64,000 bases of DNA from NCBI GenBank assembly GCA_036676395.1, contig JAKFCY010000002.1:544001-608000 (forward strand), in the 5' to 3' direction. A program made the position numbers and the translations under genes. Positions 48,400 through 58,388 of this stretch are shown in pieces. The notes below the pieces were generated by a model. The model worked only from the letters and a program-made list of their open reading frames with translations, was not told the DNA's origin and made no database searches. Origin of the DNA: Bdellovibrio sp. (GTDB taxonomy: Bacteria; Bdellovibrionota; Bdellovibrionia; Bdellovibrionales; Bdellovibrionaceae). Numbering within the stretch: the stretch's first letter is position 1; each line of letters starts with the position of its first letter.

Positions 48400-51090
48400 A
48401 TGACGTTATTAAAGCGCCTGTCTTTAGTGATAATTGTTGGATTTGCGATATCTGCGTGTGCGCCTAAAGACGAAAAAACGACTATAGTTAAAGAACGTCA
48501 GGCTTCAGAAAACCTAGCTGAATCCATGCAGTTAACGGCTACAGATGAATCAACGTTAGTTCTTCAGAAAAGCGCTTTAGGAAAAGCCTTTTTAATGACC
48601 CCGTCGCTGGTATTATCAAAACGCACACCTGATTTTAATGATTTTAAACCGCAAATTATTTCTTTTGAACGCTCAGCCAGCCGTTTGGGAATGTTTCGTT
48701 TAAGTTCAAATAATCTTTACAGCTCTATTCCTACCGATAAATTACTTCAGACTTTTCGCATCGTTAAAGAAACGTCTGAGACATTAACAATTGATATTAG
48801 CGCAGGTTTTAGAAATTTAAGTTTCGAAGAGCATTTAAGCATCGTTGAAAGCGATACGCTTGAAATGCAGCAAACTGTCGGAGCGGGAGGGTTCGAAGTC
48901 ACCGCTGATATTAAAGAGGCTTTAATTCGCAAATCAGAAATGACTGATAATACGATGTATATCGAACAAGCTGTGCGTTTTGGAAGTTTACCGATCGTGA
49001 AATCTGAAGAAGAAGAAGCGCAGGCTTCGCAAGCGTTCAGTCCATTTAAAGTGGCTTTGACAGCAAAAGTGATTATTGAAATTAAGCCCTACGTAATGAA
49101 TCAACAATTTAAGTCGCAACTTTTTGATAAAGCTCAACGTGTGGGATTTTTCATAAATTTTGCAACGCTTGCAGAGCAAGAAGAAGTTCTGCCGCAAATC
49201 GTAAAATGGGACATCTCAGAAAAACGTGCTCCGATTGTTGTAGCTCTTGAAGAAAATATTCCGCCTGAAATTTCTGAGGCTGTCGCTGAAGGAGTTACTT
49301 ATTGGAATAAGGTTATCGGGCGCGAAGTTTTAACAATTCGCAAAGGTTTTAAAGCTACAGATCGCGTGAATGATCGCATGATCATTATTCGTTGGGTACA
49401 GTGGGATTCTGCGGGCTTTGCTTACGCGTCTATGCAGGCAGATCCTATGACCGGCGAGATTTTACGCGCTCAGGTTTTTATGACTTCTTCGTGGCTTAAG
49501 ATGCAACAAGAAGCTCTTGCTGTTCCAATTGCGGGTAAGGCTGCAAAAAATAAAACTGGTTTGTGCGTGCTGGAGCAAAGCCAAATGCAGGCAGCGCAAA
49601 TGCTGACGAATTTATCAAACACGCATAAATTAAAATTCACTCAAGATACAATCAGAATGGTTGTGGCCCATGAAATGGGCCATGTGATGGGGCTTCGTCA
49701 TAATTTTGCCGGATCGTTTAACCATGAAGGCAGTGATGAAGAGCTTTTAAAAGCGCAGACAGATTATTTAGCCAATGAAAATCACCCGGGTTTTCCATTT
49801 TCATCTACGGTTATGGATTACGAGCGCGGTATGCATACAGCCTTATTAGGAGCGCAGATTAAACATTCGGTGTTACCTTATGATGCTGCAGCGATCGGTT
49901 GGGGTTATAAAGATCAAAAAATCGAACTTGCAAAAAACACTTATTGCTCTGATGAACACATTGCTATCGCCAACCAAAATAATGCGGTCGTGTATGGTTG
50001 TGAAAGATTTGATGCGCTAAAAAATCCTACGCTGGGCGCACAGCAGTCTGTTCAGTCAGATCTTGAGAATGTGGTCAGTAAGAAGTTTCGCGAGTTATTG
50101 TCTATTCAAAATGACAACGACCCTTACAAAAAAACACAATCGGTTGAAGAGTCGATAGCTCTTTCAGTGCCTGCAGATCTAGGCGAGTTAGAAAATATTT
50201 TATTTGCGCCAAAAGATGAAACGACAGTAATTTCGATAGATACAGCTATTTCTTCATTTCAATCTAGTTATTCAATGAAGGGTGATTTGCAATCTGAGTT
50301 TTCTATCGAAAGTAAAATGTTTGACGATTTAAAATTAGTTGGCGGCCTAACAGGTTTAATTTCAAATACGTTAAAATTATCAAGTCTATCAAATGGCGCA
50401 TTACAGATTTTTCAAAATCAAGTCACAGATTTTTTTGCAAAATTAGATCCGCTTCAATCGGGCTTCGAGCCAAATATGCTGATCACGATTTCAAGTAAAA
50501 TGTTAGAGTCTGCTAAAAAAGAAGATGAAAAACTTCTATCAGCTTTAATGGTAAAATTTATTCCAGTGTATAAAGGGAGTTATAACTTCAAAACAATTGA
50601 AGAGTATAAAGATTCACAAAAAAATCCAGATAAATATCCAGCTCCGATTATGCGTTACCGCAGTAACATAAAATTAGGCGATGCCAAATTATTAATGAGC
50701 TTATTCAAAGAGGCTGTTCTTTCTGGAAAAGACGCTGCTAAAAAAGTAACTGTGAATGGCCAAGAATTAGAAATTCAATTGTTAGGCTATTCTAATTATA
50801 ACCGTGACACTTTAATCAAAGCTTTCGTTTTAGAAAATTGGTCTACTGGATTACAAGGTGAAATTAGAACTCCACTTGTTGAACAGACGCAGCTGTTAAA
50901 AGAAGCGCTTGCGGCAAATACTTTAGCTGTTTTAAAGGCTTTGGGAAAACCAGTGCCTGCATTAACTAGTGCAGAACTTATTAAAGCTGTTAAAGAAATC
51001 ACTTACTCGCAAATGACGGGAATTTACGCTTTTGAATTAGAACGTGAATTAGCAGTGCTTGAAAAACTGGAAAACGCTAAGCCCGAGTAG
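48400..51090 (+). CDS. Zinc-dependent metzincin lipoprotein (EcxA/DUF4953-like)
   Basis: Lipobox ISAC; DPMTGEI; HEMGHVMGLRHNF; STVMDY Met-turn; YDAAAIGWGY. Confidence 0.85.
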   Translation: MTLLKRLSLVIIVGFAISACAPKDEKTTIVKERQASENLAESMQLTATDESTLVLQKSALGKAFLMTPSLVLSKRTPDFNDFKPQIISFERSASRLGMFRLSSNNLYSSIPTDKLLQTFRIVKETSETLTIDISAGFRNLSFEEHLSIVESDTLEMQQTVGAGGFEVTADIKEALIRKSEMTDNTMYIEQAVRFGSLPIVKSEEEEAQASQAFSPFKVALTAKVIIEIKPYVMNQQFKSQLFDKAQRVGFFINFATLAEQEEVLPQIVKWDISEKRAPIVVALEENIPPEISEAVAEGVTYWNKVIGREVLTIRKGFKATDRVNDRMIIIRWVQWDSAGFAYASMQADPMTGEILRAQVFMTSSWLKMQQEALAVPIAGKAAKNKTGLCVLEQSQMQAAQMLTNLSNTHKLKFTQDTIRMVVAHEMGHVMGLRHNFAGSFNHEGSDEELLKAQTDYLANENHPGFPFSSTVMDYERGMHTALLGAQIKHSVLPYDAAAIGWGYKDQKIELAKNTYCSDEHIAIANQNNAVVYGCERFDALKNPTLGAQQSVQSDLENVVSKKFRELLSIQNDNDPYKKTQSVEESIALSVPADLGELENILFAPKDETTVISIDTAISSFQSSYSMKGDLQSEFSIESKMFDDLKLVGGLTGLISNTLKLSSLSNGALQIFQNQVTDFFAKLDPLQSGFEPNMLITISSKMLESAKKEDEKLLSALMVKFIPVYKGSYNFKTIEEYKDSQKNPDKYPAPIMRYRSNIKLGDAKLLMSLFKEAVLSGKDAAKKVTVNGQELEIQLLGYSNYNRDTLIKAFVLENWSTGLQGEIRTPLVEQTQLLKEALAANTLAVLKALGKPVPALTSAELIKAVKEITYSQMTGIYAFELERELAVLEKLENAKPE

Positions 51091-51135
51091 TTAATTGTTT
51101 ACAATATTCCGGCCGTTAAGGTAGGTTACCTTCCC

Positions 51136-51795
51136 ATGGGTTATGTGATCACAATCGATGGGCCAGCGGCTTCGGGCAAATCTTCGCTCAGTCGTGAACT
51201 CTCAAAAAAATTAGGCTGTCCGTGGGTTTCGACCGGTGCGTTCTACCGTGGCTTAGGCTATGCGGCGCTGCAGCTTAAAACTGATCTTGCTGACCCAGTG
51301 GCTTTATCAGAACTTTGTAACTCAAATATCTGGGAAGTCCGCTTAGCTTATGAGCGCACTCAAGTTTACTTTAATAATGAAAATGTAACTGACCAAATAG
51401 CTCAAGAAGCGGTTGGTAATGTGGCCAGTAAAATCAGCCATTATCCAGAAGTGCGCCAATCACTTTTGGATCATCAACGCAATTGCGCCCTTATCAATGA
51501 CGGTTTAATTGCCGAAGGCCGCGACTGTGGCACTGTGGTATTTCCGCATGCCGAAGTTAAGCTTTATGTGACGGCAGACTCTGAAAACCGCGCCCAGAGA
51601 AGAGCACAAGAGTTAGGCATGGACGAGAAAACCCTCGTTCAGCAGCAACAGATTCGCGATAAACAGGATTCGACTCGTAAAATAGCTCCCTTATCGGTGC
51701 CGGCAGATGCCCTTGTGATCGACACGACAGCGATGGATTTAGACGCTGTTGTGGCCTATGCTGAAAAGCATATTCGCTCGAAAATCCCTCTCTAA
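51136..51795 (+). CDS. cmk: Cytidylate kinase
   Basis: IDGPAASGKS, TGAFYR, EGRDCGTVVFP, RDKQD. Confidence 0.93.
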   Translation: MGYVITIDGPAASGKSSLSRELSKKLGCPWVSTGAFYRGLGYAALQLKTDLADPVALSELCNSNIWEVRLAYERTQVYFNNENVTDQIAQEAVGNVASKISHYPEVRQSLLDHQRNCALINDGLIAEGRDCGTVVFPHAEVKLYVTADSENRAQRRAQELGMDEKTLVQQQQIRDKQDSTRKIAPLSVPADALVIDTTAMDLDAVVAYAEKHIRSKIPL

Positions 51796-51826
51796 AAACC
51801 GTCCCCAGACGTCCCAAAATTCTCCA

Positions 51827-51855
51827 TTGACCAGCTAAATAAACTCCCGTAGAAC
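51827..51855 (+). promoter_or_regulatory. Sigma-70 promoter of rpsA
   Basis: TTGACC-N17-TAGAAC. Confidence 0.6.
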
Positions 51856-51916
51856 GACTCTTCAACCTTAGAGTTCCTAGAGGACTCTTTGCGTGAAAAG
51901 GAAAAAAACAAAAACA

Positions 51917-53707
51917 ATGAACAAAACGTTAAGCAAAAGCCAAAAAGAAAAACTATCAGTACTAGCAATGCTAGATGCTGAAGACTCAAAAATCCCGGAG
52001 AATCCAGGTATTCACGCGGGTAGTGACAAAAAAGGTGAATTCTCACAAATGTTCGAAGAATTTACGAAAGAACAAGATTTCAAAGTCGGTGACGTAGTTA
52101 CTGGTTCTGTAGTTGAAGTTCAGTCAGATTACGTACTAGTTGATATCAACTACAAATCTGAAGGCTTAATCCCAATCAATGAATTCCGTGTAGTAGACGG
52201 CGTTCGCCAAGTTAAAGCTGGCGATAAAATTGAAGTATTAATCGACCGTATCGAAAACGAAAACGGCATGATTGCATTATCTAAAGATAAAGCTGACATG
52301 TTACGTGCTTGGTCTGATATTTCTAAAGCTGCTGAAAACGAAGAAATCATCGAAGGTTTAGTAGTTGCGAAAGTTAAAGGCGGATTATCTGTAGATATCG
52401 GCGTTAAAGCTTTCTTACCTGGTTCACAAATCGATTTACGTCCAGTACGTAACATGGATGTTTACTTAGGCAAAAAATATAAATTCAAAGTTATCAAGTT
52501 CAACAAAAAACGCGGCAACATCGTATTATCTCGCCGTGCAATTCTTGAACAAGAGCGCGATTCATTAAAAGCTCAAACAGCTGATCAAATGAAAGAAGGC
52601 GCTACTGTTGTCGGTCTTGTAAAAAATATCACTGATTACGGAGCATTCATCGATTTAGGTGGTTTAGACGGTCTATTACATATCACTGATATGTCATGGG
52701 GACGTATTAAACATCCTTCTGAAGTGATCAACGTAGGCGATGAAATCAAAGTTAAAATCTTAAAATACGACACTGAAAAAGAACGCGTATCTTTAGGTAT
52801 GAAACAATTAACTGATGATCCATGGGCTAACGTTCAATCTCAATACTCAATCGGTTCTAAACACAAAGGTAAAGTAGTATCAGTAGCTGAGTACGGTGCG
52901 TTTGTTGAATTAGGCGAAGGTATCGAAGGTTTAATCCACGTATCTGAAATGTCTTGGACAAAACGTGTGAAACACGCGAACCAAATGGTTCAAGTAGATC
53001 AAACTGTTGATGTACAAGTATTAGCGATCGACACTGAAAATCGTCGTATCTCTTTAGGTATGAAACAACTTCAAGCTAACCCATGGTTAGAAATGAAAGA
53101 ATCATACCCTCCAGGAACAATCATTGAAGGTGAAGTTAAATCTATCACTGACTTCGGTGTGTTCGTTGGAATCGAAGAGGGCATTGACGGTCTAGTTCAT
53201 ATTTCTGATTTCTCTTGGACTAAACGTGTAAATCACCCATCTGAAATGTTTGCTAAAGGTCAAAAAGTAAGAGCAGTTGTTCTTGGCGTTGACACTGAAA
53301 ACGAAAGATTCTCTTTAGGTATTAAACAACTTGAAGGTGATCCTTGGGCACAAATCGAAACTAAGTACGGCATCGGTACTCAACACGATGTTAAAGTAAC
53401 TAAAGTTGTAGATTTCGGTGCATTCGTTGAACTTGAATCAGACATCGAAGGTTTAATCCATATCTCTGAGTTAACAACTGATAAAGTTGGCAATGTTGAA
53501 GACGTTGTGAAACCAGGCGATAAAATTAAAGCTGAAGTGATCACGATTGATAAAGACGCACGTAAAGTGGGTTTATCAGCGAAACTTATTAAACTTCGCG
53601 AACAAAAAGGCGATGTTGAAGAGTACGTTAAAAAAGCTACAGCTACTTCAAAAACTAGCTTAGGCGATTTATTCGGCGATCAATTAAAAGGTCTTAAAAA
53701 AGACTAA
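51917..53707 (+). CDS. rpsA: 30S ribosomal protein S1
   Basis: Six S1 repeats (GAFIDLGGLDGLLHITDMSW etc.); highly biased codons; start moved to MNKTLS. Confidence 0.97.
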   Translation: MNKTLSKSQKEKLSVLAMLDAEDSKIPENPGIHAGSDKKGEFSQMFEEFTKEQDFKVGDVVTGSVVEVQSDYVLVDINYKSEGLIPINEFRVVDGVRQVKAGDKIEVLIDRIENENGMIALSKDKADMLRAWSDISKAAENEEIIEGLVVAKVKGGLSVDIGVKAFLPGSQIDLRPVRNMDVYLGKKYKFKVIKFNKKRGNIVLSRRAILEQERDSLKAQTADQMKEGATVVGLVKNITDYGAFIDLGGLDGLLHITDMSWGRIKHPSEVINVGDEIKVKILKYDTEKERVSLGMKQLTDDPWANVQSQYSIGSKHKGKVVSVAEYGAFVELGEGIEGLIHVSEMSWTKRVKHANQMVQVDQTVDVQVLAIDTENRRISLGMKQLQANPWLEMKESYPPGTIIEGEVKSITDFGVFVGIEEGIDGLVHISDFSWTKRVNHPSEMFAKGQKVRAVVLGVDTENERFSLGIKQLEGDPWAQIETKYGIGTQHDVKVTKVVDFGAFVELESDIEGLIHISELTTDKVGNVEDVVKPGDKIKAEVITIDKDARKVGLSAKLIKLREQKGDVEEYVKKATATSKTSLGDLFGDQLKGLKKD

Positions 53708-53736
53708 TTAGTTTTCGTAAAGATATATTCTTTGAG

Positions 53737-53769
53737 CCCGCATTCTTAACGGAATGCGGGTTTTTTTTT
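53737..53769 (+). terminator. Rho-independent terminator of rpsA
   Basis: cccgcattc-ttaacg-gaatgcggg followed by T9. Confidence 0.9.
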
Positions 53770-53848
53770 GAGTTTTTTGGTCGGGGTTTTTCGACTACGC
53801 GCTGAAGTGGCCGTTCTTTCAAACTAAACAATTTGGCAGCTTGTTGAA

Positions 53849-53873
53849 CCGGGAATTGCTACGCAATTCCCGG
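53849..53873. repeat. Perfect 11-bp hairpin in the rpsA-sppA intergenic element
   Basis: ccgggaattgc-tac-gcaattcccgg. Confidence 0.85.
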
Positions 53874-53957
53874 CTTCCGTTTGAGGAAGGGGAGGAAATT
53901 TGAAGTTGTTCGTGTCGAAAACGGAGTGTGTTTAGCTCTGTCACAACTTTTCCTAAT

Positions 53958-53989
53958 AACGCATTCTGACGATGGTCAACTTCCGCCTC
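53958..53989 (-). repeat. Third copy of the 14.2/14.9-kb repeat
   Basis: aacgcattctgacgatggtcaacttccgcctc; 28/32 identical to 14919-14950. Confidence 0.85.
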
Positions 53990-54044
53990 TGAAGGCTTTC
54001 TTTTTTTTGCCGTTTGATTAGACTTAATAGATACGAGGTTCAAT

Positions 54045-55034
54045 ATGTCTATACGTAAAATGATCGTGCTTGGTGTGTTTATTGGTTTCGCGGTTTATTT
54101 AGGTTACCGCGGTTATAAAGTAGCTACGACTTCAATTGCTGATGTCGAAGACGCTCCTTTGAATTTAAGTAAAAATGAAATTCTGCATTTAGAAATTAAT
54201 GGCGTTATTATGAACGGCAAAAAATTTCTTTCTAATTTGAAGAAATATGCTGACGAAGAAGCTGTGAAAGCGATCGTTATCGAAATTAATTCTCCGGGTG
54301 GGGCTGTTGGCCCATCGCAAGAATTGTTTCTTGAAATTAAGCGCGCCAAAGAAGAACACGGTAAGCCTGTGATTTGTGTATCGACAGGTTTGATTGCCAG
54401 TGGTGGTTATTATGCGGCGATGGCTTGTGATCAGTTGATCGTGGCTCCAGGCACGATGATTGGTTCTATCGGTGTGATTATGGAATTTGCTAATCTTGAA
54501 GACCTATATTCGTGGGCTAAAGTAAAACGTTACACAATCACGTCTGGTAAATTTAAAGATTCAGGTTCTGAATATCGTGCTATGCGCGATGATGAACGTA
54601 AATTATTTCAGGAAATGATTAACGAAGTTTACGAACAATTTCGTAATACAGTGGCCGAAGCACGTGGTTTAGAGATTCCGTTTGTGGCTCAGTATGCTGA
54701 TGGCCGTGTAATGACTGGTGCAAAAGCTGTTGAGTTAAAATTTGCTGATTCTATCGGTACCTTTGAAGACGCCGTTCGTATGGCAGCTGCAAAAGTCGGA
54801 TTAAAAGAAGATGAGTATCATGTATTACGCCCTCGTCGTGCGCGCCCTTCATTTTTATCTTTCTTTACTGATGATGAAGAAGGTGATGATTTAAATTCTA
54901 TTTCTAAATCTGAATTGCAGGCGGCTATTAAAGGTGATCTTGCCTCTAAGTCTGTTGAACAGGCTTTAAAATCTGTTTTTAAATTGAAAACGCTTAATCA
55001 GCCAATGATGATTATGCCAGGATACTGGGAGTAA
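54045..55034 (+). CDS. sppA: Signal peptide peptidase SppA (S49)
   Basis: INSPGG, ASGGYY, GSIGV, SGKFKD. Confidence 0.92.
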   Translation: MSIRKMIVLGVFIGFAVYLGYRGYKVATTSIADVEDAPLNLSKNEILHLEINGVIMNGKKFLSNLKKYADEEAVKAIVIEINSPGGAVGPSQELFLEIKRAKEEHGKPVICVSTGLIASGGYYAAMACDQLIVAPGTMIGSIGVIMEFANLEDLYSWAKVKRYTITSGKFKDSGSEYRAMRDDERKLFQEMINEVYEQFRNTVAEARGLEIPFVAQYADGRVMTGAKAVELKFADSIGTFEDAVRMAAAKVGLKEDEYHVLRPRRARPSFLSFFTDDEEGDDLNSISKSELQAAIKGDLASKSVEQALKSVFKLKTLNQPMMIMPGYWE

Positions 55035-55040
55035 CTGTTA

Positions 55041-55598
55041 GTGGCGAAATCAGCTAAAGAAAACAAATTAGCCCATGTAAAGATGAATAAAGAAATTTGG
55101 CCGATCGAGCGCGATATTTTTTATCGCCCGGGCAGAATGAAGTATGTGCGTAAAATTATTAAACCAAGCGGTTGTGTGTTTTGTACTTCGGCGACTAAAA
55201 AAGAAAGTATTCAGACACTTTGTGTTTATAAAACTCAGTACACTCAAGTTGTGGTGAATAAGTTTCCATATAATAACGGTCATCTTTTGGTTTTGCCACT
55301 TCGCCACACCGGTGATTTATTGTCGCTGACTGAAGCTGAATACACTGATTTACATGCGGTTTTACGTTTATCAATAGAAGCCATTAAAGCTATGTATAAT
55401 CCGAATGGTTTAAATATAGGTATGAATCACGGGGCAACAAGTGGCGCGGGGATTCCGGATCATTTGCACTATCACATAGTGCCACGCTGGAACGGGGATC
55501 TTAATTTTTTTCCGTTGATTGCTGAAACAAAATTAGTGATCGAGAATCCGAAGCAGACCTATAGTAAACTTAAAAAATATTTTCAGAAAAACGGTTAG
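55041..55598 (+). CDS. HIT-family nucleotide hydrolase/phosphorylase
   Basis: CVFC, NKFPYNNGHLLV, HLHYHIVPRW. Confidence 0.9.
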   Translation: MAKSAKENKLAHVKMNKEIWPIERDIFYRPGRMKYVRKIIKPSGCVFCTSATKKESIQTLCVYKTQYTQVVVNKFPYNNGHLLVLPLRHTGDLLSLTEAEYTDLHAVLRLSIEAIKAMYNPNGLNIGMNHGATSGAGIPDHLHYHIVPRWNGDLNFFPLIAETKLVIENPKQTYSKLKKYFQKNG

Positions 55599-55610
55599 GC
55601 GGAAATTAAT

Positions 55611-56357
55611 ATGACATCTTTTTCTGTTGCTCCAATGTCACCGGTAGTAAAAAAATTATTAATCATCAACGCTTTTATTTGGGTTGTGGTGCAAATATTT
55701 CTAGATCGCGCATTTGATTTTCACCACTGGCGTTTATTAATATTAGTGCCTGAATTAGTGATTGAAAAATTTTATGTCTGGCAATTAGTGACATACCAAT
55801 TTTTTCATGCGATTTCGCCGTTTCATTTATTCTTCAATATGTTGATGCTGTGGTTCTTCGGTTCTGAACTTGAACGCCGCTGGGGCAGTAAATTTTTTAC
55901 ATTTTACTATCTGGCAAGTGGCGCAGGAGCTGCGATTATCTATTGTATCGGCGTGGCTATTTACGCCGCGATGACTGGTTTTAGACCGGTCTTATTAACT
56001 CCAGTGCTCGGGGCTTCGGGCTCATTGTTCGGTTTACTATTGGCGTACGGGATTATTTATTCTGAGCGTGAAATGTACTTTATGGGGTTTTTTCCGATAA
56101 AAGCTAAATACTTTGTGATTATTGCAGGTGCTATGGATATGGCCTCTTTGGTAGGAACAGGCTTTGCTGGTGGCGAAGTGGCGTATTTAGCTCATTTAGG
56201 AGGCATCGCTTCGGGTTACATGATTCTGCGTGGTCATGTTCAATATAAGAACTATCAGGCAAAAACTAAGTTGAAGCGTAAGGCATCAAATCTGCGTTTA
56301 GTCGTCGACAACGAAAAGACCACTAAAGATTCGAATAACCCGAAATACTGGAATTAG
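55611..56357 (+). CDS. Rhomboid intramembrane serine protease
   Basis: WQLVTYQFFH, HLFFNM, GASG, AHLGG. Confidence 0.92.
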   Translation: MTSFSVAPMSPVVKKLLIINAFIWVVVQIFLDRAFDFHHWRLLILVPELVIEKFYVWQLVTYQFFHAISPFHLFFNMLMLWFFGSELERRWGSKFFTFYYLASGAGAAIIYCIGVAIYAAMTGFRPVLLTPVLGASGSLFGLLLAYGIIYSEREMYFMGFFPIKAKYFVIIAGAMDMASLVGTGFAGGEVAYLAHLGGIASGYMILRGHVQYKNYQAKTKLKRKASNLRLVVDNEKTTKDSNNPKYWN

Positions 56358-56416
56358 TGACCGATTGACTGATCGGTAAGGTTGCTTTAAAACAGTTATT
56401 CGTTCTTGGAGGACCT

Positions 56417-56593
56417 ATGTCATTAAATAAAGCTTTAGAAGATTTAAAATTTGATAAAAGATTAACTGAATTAAACATCCGTTTAGGCCGTATCACTCAA
56501 GAAGAAGTTGATAAACAAAATGCAGCTCTAGAAGACCTTGAATCACAAGTTGAAAAACTTGATCTTGATTCAGAAAAAGCTGAGATCAACTAG
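56417..56593 (+). CDS. Small 58-aa protein missing from the ORF track
   Basis: ggagga RBS; MSLNKALEDLKFDKRLTELNIRLGRITQEEVDKQNAALEDLESQVEKLDLDSEKAEIN*; codon usage like rpsA/gap. Confidence 0.8.
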   Translation: MSLNKALEDLKFDKRLTELNIRLGRITQEEVDKQNAALEDLESQVEKLDLDSEKAEIN

Positions 56594-56613
56594 TTCGTAC
56601 TCATCCTTATTTT

Positions 56614-57255
56614 ATGGCTCAGCAACAACCAATAGATATTTACTGTATGGCTAATCAAGACCGCAGTGATCGCGTTCGTTGGCTGATTGAAGAGCTCGGT
56701 CTTGAATACCGTGATCATTATTTGAAAAGAAAAAATGGTGATCTGAATTCGCCACGCTATTTGGCACTCAATCCCACAGGCAGAGTTCCCACGATCGTAG
56801 ATAATGGAAAAGTGATCTACGAATCAGGAGCGATTTGTCTTTTTTTAGCCGACAAGTATCGTTCTATTAAAGTATTAGCTCCGGCTTTTGATGCTGAAGA
56901 GCGTGCTGAGTATTTGCAGTGGATGGTGTGGTCGGTGGCAAGTCTTGAATGTGTTATTGCTCGAATGTTCACACACGTAAGTACAGACCGCGAAAAAGAA
57001 GAAACGCACGCCTTTGTAAAAAAACAATGTGAGATTTTTGAACGTGCTCTTAATCCCATTTTAGAAAAACAAGACTATATTTTAAAATCAGGATTTTCTG
57101 CAGCAGATATTATGTTGGCTGCAGTTATTCCGGGAGCTTGGGAGTACCTCGTAGAGCCAAATCCGGCAATAAAAGCTTATATGAATAGGCTGATGCAAAG
57201 AGCGGCTGCAGTGAAGACCTGCGTTTTTGAAGTTCCCGATATGTCAGGTCATTAA
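56614..57255 (+). CDS. Glutathione S-transferase family protein
   Basis: LNPTGRVPT, ESGAICLFLA, FSAADI. Confidence 0.9.
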   Translation: MAQQQPIDIYCMANQDRSDRVRWLIEELGLEYRDHYLKRKNGDLNSPRYLALNPTGRVPTIVDNGKVIYESGAICLFLADKYRSIKVLAPAFDAEERAEYLQWMVWSVASLECVIARMFTHVSTDREKEETHAFVKKQCEIFERALNPILEKQDYILKSGFSAADIMLAAVIPGAWEYLVEPNPAIKAYMNRLMQRAAAVKTCVFEVPDMSGH

Positions 57256-57257
57256 TT

Positions 57258-58382
57258 ATGCCTGCAGTTAAGAAAAAAGATAATCCAGCTGCCTTCAAAC
57301 ATTGGTTCAATGAAGCCTTAGTCACGCGCATTGCAAATAGTCTTAAAAAAGCCTATCCGGCGTTTAATGCGAAGAGCTTTTTAAAGGTCGTACCAAAGCT
57401 TGCAGCTTTAGAAATGAAGCCACGGGTGCATTTCATTCGCGATGCAATGTTTGCCGAGCTCCCGCAGGATTATCTTAAAGCGCTGAGTATTTTATTAAAA
57501 TCTGCTGAAGTTGGAAACCTTAAAGGGTTTGAGTTATGGCCATATACAGAATTTATTCAACATCATGGTATCAAGCATGTCGATCAATCGCTTGAGGCTT
57601 TATATATTCTAACATCAAAATTTACCGCTGAATTCGCTGTGCGTCCTTTTTTGGTCGAACACCCGAAAAAAACTTTCGCCCGTTTAAAAAAATGGACCAG
57701 TGATGATAATGAACATATTCGTCGCTGGGCCAGTGAAGGTACGCGGCCGCGTTTGCCATGGGGCATGAAGCTGCACGCTTCGATTGTTGATCCTACAGCT
57801 GGTTTAGAAATCTTAGAAAAAATTAAATTCGATGATTCTCTATACGTTAGAAAAAGTATCGCCAATCACTTAAATGATATCACTAAAGATCATCCCGATC
57901 TGGTGATTTCGACATTACTTGCGTGGCAGAAAAAAGTGACAGCCAAAGATAAAGCCAAACTTGAGTGGATTCAAAAACAAGCCCTGCGCACATTAATCAA
58001 AAAAGGTTACAAGCCAGCTCTTGATGTGATGGGGTTTGGTGCTAAAGCTGAAATTAAGCTTGGCGAATTAAAACTGAATAAGAAAAAATTCAGTGAAAAA
58101 GATATTTTAGTTTTTGAATTAGATTTGATTTCAAAAAGTGTGAAACCTCAGGTTCTGGCCGTGGATTATATTATTCATTATCAAAAGGCGAACCAAAAAA
58201 GTTCACCCAAAGTATTTAAACTTAAAGTTTTTGAATTAAAGCCTAAAGAAGCTTTTACGTTAAAGAAGAATCATTCGTTAAAACCGGTGACGACGCGTAA
58301 GCACTATGCTGGCTTACATCGCTTAGAGATTCAGGTGAATGGTAAAGTGCTGGCTTCGGCAGACTGGCACTTGGCTTTATAA
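57258..58382 (+). CDS. DNA alkylation repair protein (AlkC/AlkD-like HEAT repeat)
   Basis: TAEFAVRPF, RRWASEGTRPRLPW, YVRKSIANHLND, C-terminal Ig-like TTRKHY.G. Confidence 0.85.
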   Translation: MPAVKKKDNPAAFKHWFNEALVTRIANSLKKAYPAFNAKSFLKVVPKLAALEMKPRVHFIRDAMFAELPQDYLKALSILLKSAEVGNLKGFELWPYTEFIQHHGIKHVDQSLEALYILTSKFTAEFAVRPFLVEHPKKTFARLKKWTSDDNEHIRRWASEGTRPRLPWGMKLHASIVDPTAGLEILEKIKFDDSLYVRKSIANHLNDITKDHPDLVISTLLAWQKKVTAKDKAKLEWIQKQALRTLIKKGYKPALDVMGFGAKAEIKLGELKLNKKKFSEKDILVFELDLISKSVKPQVLAVDYIIHYQKANQKSSPKVFKLKVFELKPKEAFTLKKNHSLKPVTTRKHYAGLHRLEIQVNGKVLASADWHLAL

Positions 58383-58388
58383 GGTGCT

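Noticed and set aside
52560..53580. Internal nucleotide repeats in rpsA
   Set aside because: Ordinary S1-domain repeats
53819..54043. 74-aa minus-strand ORF
   Set aside because: Runs through the repeat and hairpins and starts 1 nt from the divergent sppA start; better explained as non-coding
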